From Trichodelitschia bisporula (lineage: Eukaryota): a stretch of DNA of 64,000 nt. The DNA is taken from contig ML996687.1 in assembly GCA_010356995.1 (NCBI GenBank), positions 993,803-1,057,802 of the forward strand, written 5' to 3'. The first letter of the stretch is position 1, and each line of letters starts with the position of its first letter. Below the pieces are notes generated by a model. It had not been told where the DNA came from. It saw only the letters and a list, made by a program, of their open reading frames with translations, and made no database searches. The translations under genes were made by a program, and so were the position numbers. Shown here in pieces: positions 26,465 to 38,865 of the stretch.

Positions 26465-26912
26465 GATGGCGATGAGTGTGAGTCGTAGGAGACGGTGTCA
26501 ATCAGAAGGAAGACAAAGAGTTTGGGCACGAGAAGCACCGTGGAGAAGTAAGAGTGCGGAGATGAAAGGGGAGATGTGGAGCATGAAGTGTGTCAATTGA
26601 GGGGAGGCTGAGCTGCTCCAAGCCCAAGTGTCAGCCTGTCAGCGTGCAGAAAGACTTGGCATTTGCCACAGTCTCTCACTGCACAGCCACAGGTTGTTTT
26701 AGGCAGGGGGTGCACTGAAATGGAGAGAACTCGGAATATTATTCAGACAGAACATATGGGACACGGGAAATCTGGCTAAGTGCCGCTCATCTTTGCATTC
26801 ATGTCAATATTCTGTAGAGTGACACAAGTCACCTCAATCGAGAGTTCTCTGCGCTCCGGTGCACAAAGGAGTGCATTCACCGCTGAACAAATGACCCAAG
26901 CACGAAACTCCT

Positions 26913-29900
26913 CTATTCATCTTCCTCTTCCCCTTCTTCCTCGTCCTCCGCCTCTTCGTCCTCACCCTCTTCGTCGTCATCTTCATCAGCAACCTCATCA
27001 GCCTCGTCTACACCACCCATCTCTTCGATTTTTAACCATTCCTCCCACTCAGGGAACAGATCCTCGTCCGCCTCGTAGCCTTCGGTGCCCGGGGGAACAC
27101 CCACAAGGCGGGCCACGCGCCCACGGCCGCTCTTCTCTAAGCCCGCCTTCCATGCGGCAACACATCCTGGAGCAAGGCTAGGCTTGTAAGTGAGAGCGAA
27201 TAAAACGGCTTCGGCTTCACGGCCAGTCTGCTGCAAGAGCTCCAGGCAACCCGGGACGTTGCCGAGAAGCCACAAACACTCAAACCGCACGTTGTACGCT
27301 GCGACTTCCTGTGCCCGCTCCGCCAGACGCGCGAATCCCTCTTTATCGCTTGAGGCGGAGTATAGAAGAAGAAGGCTGCCCAAGTCTTTCGCATTCCAGA
27401 AGCACTCCTCAGCCAGGGACACGTTCCACGCCGTGAGCGCGGCGTCCCCAACAACCCGCCATTTGTGCTCCTCGTGTTTCTCGCGGGCCAACTCGAGGGC
27501 TTCGTCAAGCTTGCCTAGAGACAGCGCCAAGTCAAAGCGATGTTCGGGATCCGTAGCAACGGACAGAGCCTCCTCCTTGTAGCCCTGTCCCTCCAGGAAA
27601 CGAGCAATTTTACCCTTTTGATCATCTGGAATGTCGGGTAACATCGCGGTTGCGGCATCAAGCTCACCACGCAAAACCAGGGTCTGATATTCTACCACAT
27701 TAAGCGAAAGCGAGTAAGACGTGATCCCGAGGTCCTTGTCGCAAATGTAGATGCGTGAGTCGCGAGGGAGATAGCCTAGGATGTACATCGGCTGATCAAA
27801 ATGGGAGACAGTGTTGACGCGGTCACCAACCAGGTAATTCAACCTGTTGGTTGAAGTCGTGTACACGAAGCAGTCACCAACCCATGAGCCAGATGTTACG
27901 GTTTCTGGCTGATCGGTGATGACTTCGAAGGCACTCTCAACGCCATCATCATCAACAGAGCCCTCCGCAACGGCGACGTCATAGGCTTCGCGCGAAAACC
28001 GCAGCACGTAAAAAGTGTCCTCGCAGGCAAGCGCCACTGTTTCTATTAGCGATGGCCATTTGGTCTCACGGCACTTACCAAGCTCTCCGTTCTCGGACCA
28101 GAAAACATTCCGAGGCTCAACCTCGATGCGGCGGCACAGTTCACCGCTGTTCCAGTCAAACAGGCCAACTCCGCCCTGGCCCTTCACACCAAGCAGTGCA
28201 CCGCCGAATAGCCCATCAGCCTGGAACCCAACGTTGAGGCTAGACCTCTCCTTGAAGTTGCGATACAGCTTCACGCTAGTACCCGATTCTCGGATCGCAT
28301 AGTCCTTATCGTTCTCCTTAGAGCCCCAGGCGAAATCTAATCCTGACCCGAAAGCTTGATTGCGAAGCGCGAGGGATGTATAAATAATCCACTCGCCATC
28401 TCCACAGACAGCAACGAACCGACCGTTTGGCGAATGGTGAAGGGACTGTGGATAGATTTCGGTGGACCCCAGCTCTTTCGTAGGGAGAACAAGACGGTCG
28501 CCGTCCTTCAGGTCCTTCTCGACCCCCTTGATGGTTGTTGTAAGGATGTCGGTATGGCGCGCATAGATAACCTTCCCGGATGCATCCATTGAGACGGCTG
28601 GCTGCTCACGGCCCATCTTGATGACGACCATGCCATCGTCGAAGCCAATCGCGATGTGCTGTTTGCCGCGTTGATATGCCACACACCACGCACGCTCCAA
28701 GCCATAGTTGAGACTTTGTTCCAACCGGTACGTGTTAGAATGCCAGAGCTTTACCGTCCCATCCTGCGAAAAGTGAGTACAAACGTAAATCATCCTCGTA
28801 GAGACGTACTTCAGAGCCGGATATCACAACCGGGAGCTCGGGGTGATAGCACGCGAACGAGACGTTCGATGTATGGCCTTCCAAAGTCGCAATTAGGCCC
28901 TTGGTAGTGTAATCCCAGATCTTGACTGTTCTGTCGTCGGATGTGGTGAGCAGGTATGGTTTGTCGCTGTGGGGATAGAAGTCGACGGCATTGACGCCCT
29001 TGACTTCGTGAGCTTCGAGAGTGAAGTTGGCGCTGGGGCTCCCAAGCCGCCACATTTTGACGGTGCGATCTTTGCATTAAGTTAGTGACGAACTTGCAGA
29101 GTCTCCTTAAATCATACCCAAGCATGCAGAGGCAAAGGTGTTCGTGCTTTAATATGTTAGCGGTGTAGTGGTTCGGGAGCGCGAGGTTCATACTCTTTCG
29201 GATTGAACGCTACGCTCATGACATAGTGCGAGTGACCCTCGAAGACCTGGATGCACTTCCAGTTCTTTTCCCAGTCCCAGAGTTTGATGGTCATGTCGTC
29301 AGAGGCCGTCAAACAGAAAGGCTGCGTAGGATGGATGGCAATGGCGCTAAAGTTATGTTAGAACAAAGTGACATTTAGACCTCAGCCTACATACCGAATA
29401 TAGTCCGGATGCGCTTCGAATTGGGTGACCTGTATCTTTAGAAGCTATTCTGCACAATGCAGCGCTTAACGGACCTTCTCAGATGTGTTGTCTAACGACT
29501 TGGTTAACACTGAGCTTGACCAACAGTCCAGACATCTTACAATTGATACACCGGAGCTGGAAGTCATCACTGCCCGCTACTATCCAGTTCTTCCTCGCGA
29601 TGAATCGACCCGCCCGAACCGGCTAACAATTGCCTTCAGTTAGCATCCAGGTCGCGCATAGCCTTGCAATGTATATGTGGACATACCACATCCGTGAGCT
29701 CGAACGTCCGAACGATCGAGCCTGTCTCATAGGACCTATAGCCAGTAATCAGACTCTTTGTCCCTGCGCGTTATATGCACCGCCTTTGAAGGTCGTACCA
29801 GATGTGGACATGGCCTTTGCAATTGAAAGTCAGTACTTGCTCTCACACAGTGCAACTTTTTCGCAGTAGCATTACGTACCAGAGTAGAGCGTGGTCAGCA

Positions 29901-30236
29901 CCCAGGGTTCTTCACACGCCGTCAGTTGAACACTTGGAACTTGGGTACATATGGGCGCAAATACCGGTCGGATGGAAATCTATCCCCCTGCTTTCAGTTA
30001 GAAATTATCGTCAAGGCAGCTGAGCCGGTCCGAGAACCAAGAGGCATATCAGGACACGGAGCACTTACTTCACGCGCTCGCTGCGCGCAAACAGCTGTCT
30101 CTGCGGGTTCGGATACATATTAGCCACTACCCTTTCACTGTCACAAGATCCAGCTGAGGGCTGTAGATCCCTCCTCGAAGCAAATCCATTTGTATTGTAG
30201 AGACTGGGGAAAGCGCACCTTAACGTCGAGCCGCAT
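26913..30236 (-). CDS. SEC27: Coatomer (COPI) beta' subunit (13 introns)
   Basis: Spliced [49 protein letters not shown]40 repeats; [17 protein letters not shown]; acidic tail. Confidence 0.96.
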
Positions 30237-30615
30237 CGTGCTGGACGGCGGGAGCAAGAAGAGGGTCGCGCAAGAGGGTTTCGTGGTATTACCCTCTTTC
30301 CTTTGAGGAATAGAGGTAATCGTGCGGGCGTAATCAGAGTCTAAGACGTCGGGTTCGAGGGAATGGTGAGAAAATGTGTAAATGCTGCAAGCTCGAGGGG
30401 AACGTAGTATGGATGCAGCAATGTGGGCATATGTGGGCGGTGTGTGTATTGCCAGATGTGGCTTGATCCCGAAGTGTCCTCAGCCTCACAAGCCTGAGGC
30501 GCCCACTGACTCTATTCACGCTTCCAGACTTTCAAGAGCCAAGAAGAAATCAGGTTATCAGAATTACGAATGACATCTTTGGTTTGATTAAGCTGGGGTT
30601 ATGAGATTCAACTCC

Positions 30616-31796
30616 TTAATCTTCATTTTGGTCCTTCACATCATCCCAAGCCCTGCTGAACACATCACCATACTCCTGCTTGCCGTTACGCCATCCCCAT
30701 GCCACACAGTAGTGCCTCGCTAAAAGACGCCATTCTTCCAATTCATCCAACATTTCGCAACGGCTGATCCGTTCCCTCTCCTTCGCGTCTATCCATTGCT
30801 CAAAAGCAAAGTCCACGTCCACGGCGCCTTGCCCCCCTGCAAACCCGGCGGTTTGAAGGCGGGTAGTCTGGGCACTTAGCGATGCATACTTTTCCAGAGT
30901 TTGCATATGTATGCCCCGTGACGCGAGATTTGCGACCATGACTTTTCCAAAGGCGTCAAACGGTCGGATTGGTTCATAAAGTATGAGGGAGAGGGGTGTG
31001 GGGGAGGGAACGAGGCTCCTAGTCAGAGCAGAAAGAACTGAATCTGCCGCGCTCGGGGACAGGTATATAAGACAGCATTCCGAGAGAACAAGCGTGGGTA
31101 TGTCGGGGGAGAGATTCGGAAGGGAGAGTGGCTGGGGGGTCTGGGAAGACTGAACAAGAGCGCGAAGGTCAACGGGATGAATGTTGTACGTAGGCGAGGC
31201 GAGACGCGTGCCATCTGACGAAAAGGCTATGTCGTCGGCATCTTTCACATGCCCCTGAAGAGCCTTGAGAAGAGGCGGATTCCGCTTGAGAGTGCTAATC
31301 TTGGAGGCCGTATTGGCGGCAAAATCCAACTCATGGTACACAAGCGGAAGTGAAGGATTCTCAGCAACAAGGCGGAAATAGCGGGTGTCTGACCCAGCAC
31401 CTAGAGATATTATCTGCTTTTTCTGCGAGCAGTGCGTCATGAGAAAGCGCCGTACGAGCATATCAATGGCAGTTGTGCGAACATATGTTCCTGGCTGATG
31501 TAAATACAGTGCTGTCCATATTACAAACAAACCCCACCTCTATTGATGATAGGATACTTCTTAGGAACTGGCCCCGGTGTGAAGAACTTGGCAAACTGGT
31601 CGTCAAGATAGCCCAGAGCAACCGCATTCATCCGGGAGACTGATGCATCCTGATCGGTCCGCTGCACCACTTGATCTTGGGCTTCCGTTCCTTGTTCGCT
31701 GGCAGCAAAGCCGCCTTTCCGTCCACGACCTCGACCGGGATGTGAGGAACGAAAAGTGTTAAGGTTTGGGATGTCGGAACCCCTAGGAGTAGACAT
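30616..31796 (-). CDS. PPM1: Leucine carboxyl methyltransferase 1 (PP2A methyltransferase; 1 intron)
   Basis: VQRTDQDASVSR, PIINRGTYVRT, QIISLGAGSDTR, SECCLIYL, EMLDELEEW..HYC. No Kelch domain, so not Ppm2/Tyw4. Confidence 0.92.
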
Positions 31797-32060
31797 AGCC
31801 GGATGTGCAGACGATGATGTTGGAAGACTGCTGTGGGTAATAGAGGTGTTGTTTGTCCTGGGAATGCAGACCAGATAGCTGAGGTGGCAGAACTCGCGCG
31901 ACGGGTGTGGCTTGAAAGGCGGTAAATGAGAGGCGCCCCGTTCGCGGTGGCCAGCCCTTCAAGATTCTTTAGTCTAGAGTTCAGTTCGCCGCCGACTGTC
32001 GCTACAGTACTCCGTACAATTCCTCCTTTGCGACTCCGGCAACCCTCCTCACTCACAACC

Positions 32061-32849
32061 ATGGATGACACTGGCGAAGCTCAGCGCGAATGCGTCAAAC
32101 TCTGGCGTGTTTGGCGCACTGTACGTCAGATGTGCAAAGATCGGGTTCGATGAACTTCGTCCATATTGCGCCCTCGTTTTGCTCACAGTCGCAGGGTTAC
32201 GAAGTCCTCGATAGCGAGATAAACATCACCCTTGACGAGTTCAGGTCTAGGTTTGCTGATGTAACAGGCTTTCCTGAGTACGTACAGCTCCATCTGGTTT
32301 GTTCAACGCTAACCATCTACTAGACGCAAGCAACTCAACTTCTCGCTGCGGCCTACAGATGCCATGATCGCGAAATACACCGAGATTCCGACCCCTTCAC
32401 GGCCCAACCCCCCGGAACCTCATATTGGCAACATGTGGGTGGAGTTCAACGGCGAGAGCAACCTTGGTGTGAAGCCCATCCGTCTGTTCGCCCAGCACAT
32501 CGATCAGAACAACTTCTTCAGCGGGATTCTCATCACCACCGTCCCAGTTACAAGTGCGGCGCTCAAGATCACGACTACTTTGGCGCCTCGTACCATCGAG
32601 ATTTTTCAGGAGCAGGACTTGCTTGTGAATATCACGAAGCATGAGCTGGTCCCTAAGCATGTACTGCTAAGCCCTGAGGAGAAGGCCAAGTTGCTTGAAC
32701 GATACCGCCTGAAGGAGACCCAACTCCCGCGCATCCAGAGAACCGACCCGGTGGCGAGGTATCTTGGTTTGCGGCGCGGCCAGGTGGTCAAGATTATCCG
32801 CAAATCTGAGACCGCCGGGCGATATGCATCCTACCGGTGGTGCATCTAG
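32061..32849 (+). CDS. RPB5: RNA polymerase I/II/III common subunit Rpb5 (ABC27; 2 introns)
   Basis: LWRVWRTVRQMCKDRGY, LLVNITKHELVPKH, QLPRIQRTDPVARYLG, RKSETAGRYASYRWC. Confidence 0.97.
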
Positions 32850-33108
32850 GTGAAAAGTTCGGAGTTTCGGTGTTCGGGAGGCTAGGGTGCATAGTGAAGG
32901 GAGTTAGTTTGGCTCTGCGTCAAATAGTTTGCCTTACCTCCTCACAGGCGTTGTGTACGAATAGAATCAGCGAAGAGGGGATTGCCCCAAATGATTGATC
33001 ATTTCTGTTGTAAAGCCATTCCTTCTACATACCATCTCGAATATGCGTCCTCTATTACCCGTGCGCTTCAGAGATGTGTGCAGCAAAGATAACGCAAGCA
33101 TTAGGTCG

Positions 33109-34107
33109 TTAGGTTTGCTCCGACGTTCCGCTCACATCGATTTCCTCTCCCGCCCTCTTCCCGTCTTGCACAGTCTGTAATACCCCTCGGGTTATCATAT
33201 CCCGACCGGCCAGTCCATCGACTCTGGCTCCATATGCCCCTTCGACCATCCCTACTACCCTCCCCACCCACTCTTTGGTCTTCTTAGTCTCTCTGGAGCC
33301 CGCATCTCCCGCCCTCCAGCAATCCATAACAGTCCCGCCGATTTTCTCCATGAAACTGCCGAATCCCCCCTCACCTCCTCCGGCAGCATAGCTCTTGAAC
33401 GGTCCCCAAACAGCCCAACGCGGGCCCATGCTGCTCTCTACAACACGATCGATGTCCTGCACATCTGCAACCCCTTGTTCGGCCAACACCATTGCTTCCC
33501 TCAAGAGTGCAAAGGCAAGCCGGTTTGCCACAAAACCGACGCACTCTTTTTTCAACACTACAGGTTCGCGGCCCCACGCGCGCCAAAGTTCCACAGTCTG
33601 TTTTATCACTTCGGCATGCGTCGCAGGCGAGGGAACGAGTTCCAGCAGCGGCATGATATGTGGCGGGTTGTAAGGGTGCACAACGAGCAAACGGCCTGCG
33701 TCTCGCATATTGACGCTCTGTGTTGAAGCAGGGATTCCGCTCGTGCTGGACCAGAAAATTGCGGTAGGCGGAGCATGGGCTTCGACGACAGGCCATAGCG
33801 CAGTTTTGAAAGAGGCGGACTCAGGGCCCTGTTCTTGGACTATATCGCATTGCTGAAGAGCAGCCGGAAGGGTGGCATCCGTGGTGGAAAGGTTGAGCTG
33901 AGAAATTATTGCCGTGGCATCACTATCCACGGGAAGGTATTGCGGCAAAGTGGTAGAAAGGTAGGCTTGCAAATCCGGCCTGGTATCGTGAATGGTAATA
34001 CGCGACGGAGGGGAATGTGTAAGATGAAAAGCAGCAAAAGAAAGTCCGATCGTGCCAGCCCCTATGAGGGTTATGCGTGGCTTCTCTAAAGCTGCCTTAA
34101 AGTCCAT
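33109..34107 (-). CDS. 3-hydroxyacyl-CoA dehydrogenase family protein (lambda-crystallin/carnitine dehydrogenase-like), intronless
   Basis: Rossmann LIGAGTIG, VQEQGPE, SSTSGIP, HPYNPPHIMPLLE, GFVANRL, MGPRWAVWGP. Confidence 0.88.
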   Translation of the reverse strand: MDFKAALEKPRITLIGAGTIGLSFAAFHLTHSPPSRITIHDTRPDLQAYLSTTLPQYLPVDSDATAIISQLNLSTTDATLPAALQQCDIVQEQGPESASFKTALWPVVEAHAPPTAIFWSSTSGIPASTQSVNMRDAGRLLVVHPYNPPHIMPLLELVPSPATHAEVIKQTVELWRAWGREPVVLKKECVGFVANRLAFALLREAMVLAEQGVADVQDIDRVVESSMGPRWAVWGPFKSYAAGGGEGGFGSFMEKIGGTVMDCWRAGDAGSRETKKTKEWVGRVVGMVEGAYGARVDGLAGRDMITRGVLQTVQDGKRAGEEIDVSGTSEQT

Positions 34108-34500
34108 GATGAGATGTGTTACGGGTTGATTACAGGAGTACCGGTGCTTGGGTGGATTGTCAAGTGAAGTATGCCAAAACTTTCGCAGTCCCATGTCCGG
34201 GGAGCATACGGATCTACCTACCCGTGCTGCAATGTGGGGTAGCGGGGTGACAGGCCAGGGGTACGTTAGGCGCTCGTCCGAAGCAGACATGACTTTTATC
34301 CAACTGTAGACTAGGCGGCAGGCATGCAAGCATTTCGGAACCTCAAAGCGTGCAGAAACGCACGAGATTGATATTTGAGTATTGCCGGCCTTACGATGCT
34401 GCTCATCTTATTTGCAGAAGGCAATCAAAGCATCGAAACAATGTAAAACATGCAGGTTGAGATGGATTCCCCAGGGTTCCTAATATCTTGATCCAGTCGG

Positions 34501-35217
34501 CTAGATTTTCAGCGGCAGGAAGTTGGCACACCCGATGCGCGTCTTATCTGAAGTGTGGACGACAACGCTCCGGTTAGCAATGTAAGCCTCGTCGCCAGGG
34601 GCCAAGGAGGAGTATAAGTCAATGAATCTGCAGTGGCTCAGTTAGGGTGACCAATGCCCAAAGGGGGCTGAAGGCAGACTTACGACTTCTCAACAGCTCC
34701 GCTAGTCGTGATGTTGCCATACTTCCCGCTTAGATCTCCAACCTGGCAGGAATCCTTGTCTGAGGCGTTACACGCTGGGACTTCACCCCGAGCCCACGGA
34801 TCCAGGTGAGCCTTCGCGTCGGCACAGGCGCCGCTCTGGGAGGGCCGTTATGAAACTTTCACAGGACATATGCTCATCATACTCACAGCTGGTACAGGTT
34901 GATCGTGGACATGATACACTAAGGTCAATTAAACCAATTTCGAAAAGAGGGTCGATCAGGTACTTACTGAAGGGGCCACCAGTTGCTGGGAGACCAGAGA
35001 TCTTGATGCTGAACAGCACGCCCTGACCACTAGGGGCAGTTGAAGCAAGGACCGAACCCTGGATTTTGGCAGTCGGCGGGAAGTTGGCCACAAAAGCGGC
35101 ACCCTTAGGGTTAGTCTTAGTCCGCGCAGCGGGAACGGCCTTTGGGGAGTCTCCCGGTCCATGGGGACTGGCTAAGGCCAGGGAAGCGATGAGGGAGACG
35201 ACGAAGGCGGTCTTCAT
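34501..35217 (-). CDS. Secreted Cu-only (SOD5-like) superoxide dismutase (3 introns)
   Basis: Signal peptide MKTAFVVSLIASLALA; spliced GGPFMYHVHDQPVP..C..AHLDP..C..CQVGDLSGKYG..RSVVVH..RIGCANF. Confidence 0.88.
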
Positions 35218-36124
35218 GATTGCTGATGACTTGCGCGGTGTAGGTTGGACTTCAAGATTGAACTGAGTTACTACGGTAGATCAGGGGAAGCCGAATTTCT
35301 TATACCAACAGAAAGCCGGATTTTGACTTTGCATGAACCCCGTCGGGTCCTTGATTAAGATGGGAGAATCGTCCGTAACCAAGGCCAACAGAGCTGGGCG
35401 ACGGGTGGGAAATAGAATGACGATATCAGGTGTGAGAACGGAGAGATTGGCGGTGGATCCAATGCTTGAAAATGCGCCGGCAATGAACAGTCAATGTGCC
35501 ATTGGTACGGACCGGATTGATATATTAGACGTGATCATTGCTCCAGGGACCGAGTGTCCGATTGATGAAGAAGCTCTATGCGAGAGTAAGTCTGAGCGGA
35601 TTGGCAGTCAAAGCAAGCACAACAATGAGCTTGGAAGAATGCCATTTTGTATGGGACAGCATAGGCCATGCGCTTAGCAAGGGAACATGATACGAGGTTT
35701 AAAGGGCATAGGTTCGTCCGCGAGCTATTGGAGGCTGAAGCCAGTTGACGTTGGGAGTAAGGGATTCTGGGCAAGGCTCCAAGGCTCTAAGGAATTAAGG
35801 CATAGAGGCCTATACCTAGGCAGCAATGGCATGAGGCGACGAGGCAGGGAGGGGCATCTTCGCCAAGCGCTTCTTTCCCCCGCTTCTCTGCTATGCACGT
35901 CACGGGCGCGCAGGGCGGCAGGAAGATATTGCACCCGAGTGCTTTTTGCCCCCCCACCCTCCTCAAGGCACCAATTCATTCACGTACCTTCACGCTTTCA
36001 CCTTCCACTTCTCCTTGAAGTCTCCATCTCCCACCTCCAAGTTTCCTTGAACTCGTTGGCATCAACACAACATAAGTAGAGGCGTCCATTCCGCTCCTCG
36101 GACATTTCCCTGGTTGCTGTCAAA

Positions 36125-38480
36125 ATGTCGGACCTCAACTCTTGGGAAGGTAGGTACCCCGCCATATCAAACTGCGTGCGGACCACCACTTACCCTGCCG
36201 TAGACGACAAAGATGCCCAGGACGATCATCTCGCCCAACAGGCGCAGCGGAACCTGAACATTGGAAATGCGCAGGCTCCTACTTTCCACCCAGGAGCATC
36301 AAGCTTCCAACCTAATGCCAGTACCTTTCAGCCGCAGTACCAACAATACGCTCAGTACGGCACGTACAACCAAGCTGGGTATGGTGGCCAGAACTACAGC
36401 TACGGACAGCAATCACAGCAGCCGTATCGGGCGCCCGGATTTCAGCAATATGGTTACGGTCAGCAATACAACCCCCCTCAAGGGTACGGCTACAGTCAAC
36501 CGCAAAACGCGCAGCAGTTTACACCAGGCCTGCAATCTCAGCCGCCCCAGCAGCAGCAGCAGCAACCTGTGCAAATCGCCAAACGTCCTGCCCAAGGTCA
36601 ACAACCAGCGGCTGCACCGCAGAAGTCTGGTACAGAAGCTACCACCTCGACTGGCGCCCCGAAGGCCAAAGTCTTGTCAATCGGTGGTGATGGTTCAGCC
36701 AAGATAGAGAAAGCTGCGACCACCAAGGTTCTCAGCATCGGAACGCCCGCGACCAAACAGGAACCCTCTGCTAAGGCCGAAGTCAAGCGGGATGCGCCCG
36801 CTGCCGGATCAAAAGCCGCCGCAAACAAGGCCATTGAGAAGACTGGGGAGTTGAAAGCTGCGCCAGGGGCAGCATCCGGGAAGTCCTCACCAGCGCCCTC
36901 GTCGGGACGTAACTCGCCAAGTCAGGCTACCGATCGGGCAGCTGCACGTGAAGCAGACGCAGTGCTCAAAGAGCAGGCCGTAGATGTTGACGAAGAAATC
37001 CTGAATGAGGTGTACGGAAAGGTGAGCATGTTGTACACCTCACAACATTGGATCTAAAAGTTGAGTAGGAACACGTGAACGTCATCTTCTTGGGCCACGT
37101 TGATGCCGGAAAGTCGACATTAGGCGGATCCATTCTTTATGCCACCGGCATGGTTGATGAGCGGACCATGGACAAATACAAACGGGAAGCTAAAGATGCC
37201 GGCCGTGAGACCTGGTATCTTTCATGGGCTCTTGATCTCACCAAGGAGGAGCGTTCGAAGGGCAAGACTGTCGAAGTTGGTAGGGGCTTCTTCGAGACAG
37301 AAAAGCGCCGCTACTCCATTCTTGACGCACCTGGCCACAAGACCTTCGTGCCTAGCATGATCGGCGGAGCTTCCCAAGCTGATGGTAAGACCCCATTACT
37401 GGTTGTCTAGCTTAGTGATTGACCTTTACAAGTTGGCGTTCTCGTCATCTCTGCGCGCAAAGGCGAGTATGAGACAGGATTTGAAAAAGGCGGCCAAACC
37501 CGGGAACATGCCGTCCTTGCGAAAACCCAAGGTGTCAACAAGCTTGTGGTGGTTATTAACAAGATGGATGATCCGACTGTCGAATGGAGCGAAGATCGGT
37601 ACAAAGAATGCTCAACGAAACTCACCACCTTCTTGAAGGGTGTTGGATACAATCCCAAGACAGACCTGATGTTCATGCCGATCAGCGGCCAGGCTTGTCT
37701 TGGAATCAAGGAACGCATTCCTAAGGACATCTGCAAGTGGTACGACGGGCCGTCTCTGCTCGAGTACCTTGACAGCATGCAGGCTCTCGAGCGTAAAGTC
37801 AATGCTCCGTTCATGATGCCTATCTCGGCCAAATACAAAGACATGGGTACCATGATCGAGGGAAAGATCGAGGCTGGAGTGATCAAGAAGGACGCCACAT
37901 ATCTCATGATGCCTAACCGAGAGAAAATTTCGATTTCAGCACTGTATGGTGAGACTGAGGACGAGATTTCTCAGGCAATTTGCGGTGAGCAGGTTCGAAT
38001 CCGGATCCGTGGTGTCGAGGAGGAAGATATTGCGCCCGGCTTCGTTCTGTGCTCCATGAAGCGCCCTGTTCACTGCGTCAACGCCTTTGAGGCACAGGTC
38101 AGTTGCTTCCCTAGCGGATGTCGAGACATGATTACTGATGTGTCTTACAGATCGTACTTTTGGAACTTCGTTCCATCTTGAGCGCCGGTTTCAACTGTGT
38201 TATGCATGTTCATGGCGCGACTGAAGAGGTGACCTTCGCCGCACTGCTTCACAAGCTCGAGAAGGGTACGGGGCGCAAGAGCAAGAAGCCACCTGGCTTT
38301 GCGACCAAGGGCATGAGCATCATCGCCCGCCTTGAAGTTATCAGCGGCGGTGGAGCCATCTGCGTCGAGCGTTTTGAGGACTATCCTCAGTTAGGACGCT
38401 TTACGCTGCGTGATCAAGGGCAGACCATCGCGATCGGGAAGATCACGAAGCTCATTACGGACAAGGGTCCTGATGCTTGA
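36125..38480 (+). CDS. SUP35: Translation termination factor eRF3 (4 introns)
   Basis: Q/Y/G-rich N-domain, charged M-domain, HVNVIFLGHVDAGKSTLGG, GKTVEVGR, DAPGH, NKMDD, LGRFTLRDQGQTIAIGK. Confidence 0.97.
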
Positions 38481-38865
38481 ATGATTATATGCGGCACGGC
38501 GTCAACTGGTTTTCATGGTTAAACTCGGCGAGACTGGCGGTCTGGAAAATGGCCACGCTGTGCATCTGCTTGAGACGTGTTCGGACCTGGAAGACTAGCA
38601 GCCGGAATGGCCCTCAGCGTATGTACGTGGTGTAGCTTATGGAGCGTGATTTGCTCTGCAGAATAGTTTTAGCGGGGAAGCCCTCAGGGTTCTTCAAAGG
38701 TTAGAAAAGCAAATAGAGCAGCACATGATTGTCTTTAAAATTGATTTCATTCTCAACCGATGCTTGATAAAAGCTCATGCATACAAATCCACTACCACCT
38801 GCCAACAGTATGTGACCCTCTTTCTCACCCGGGACCCCCTAACGCCATGCAAATTTCAGTCCAAT

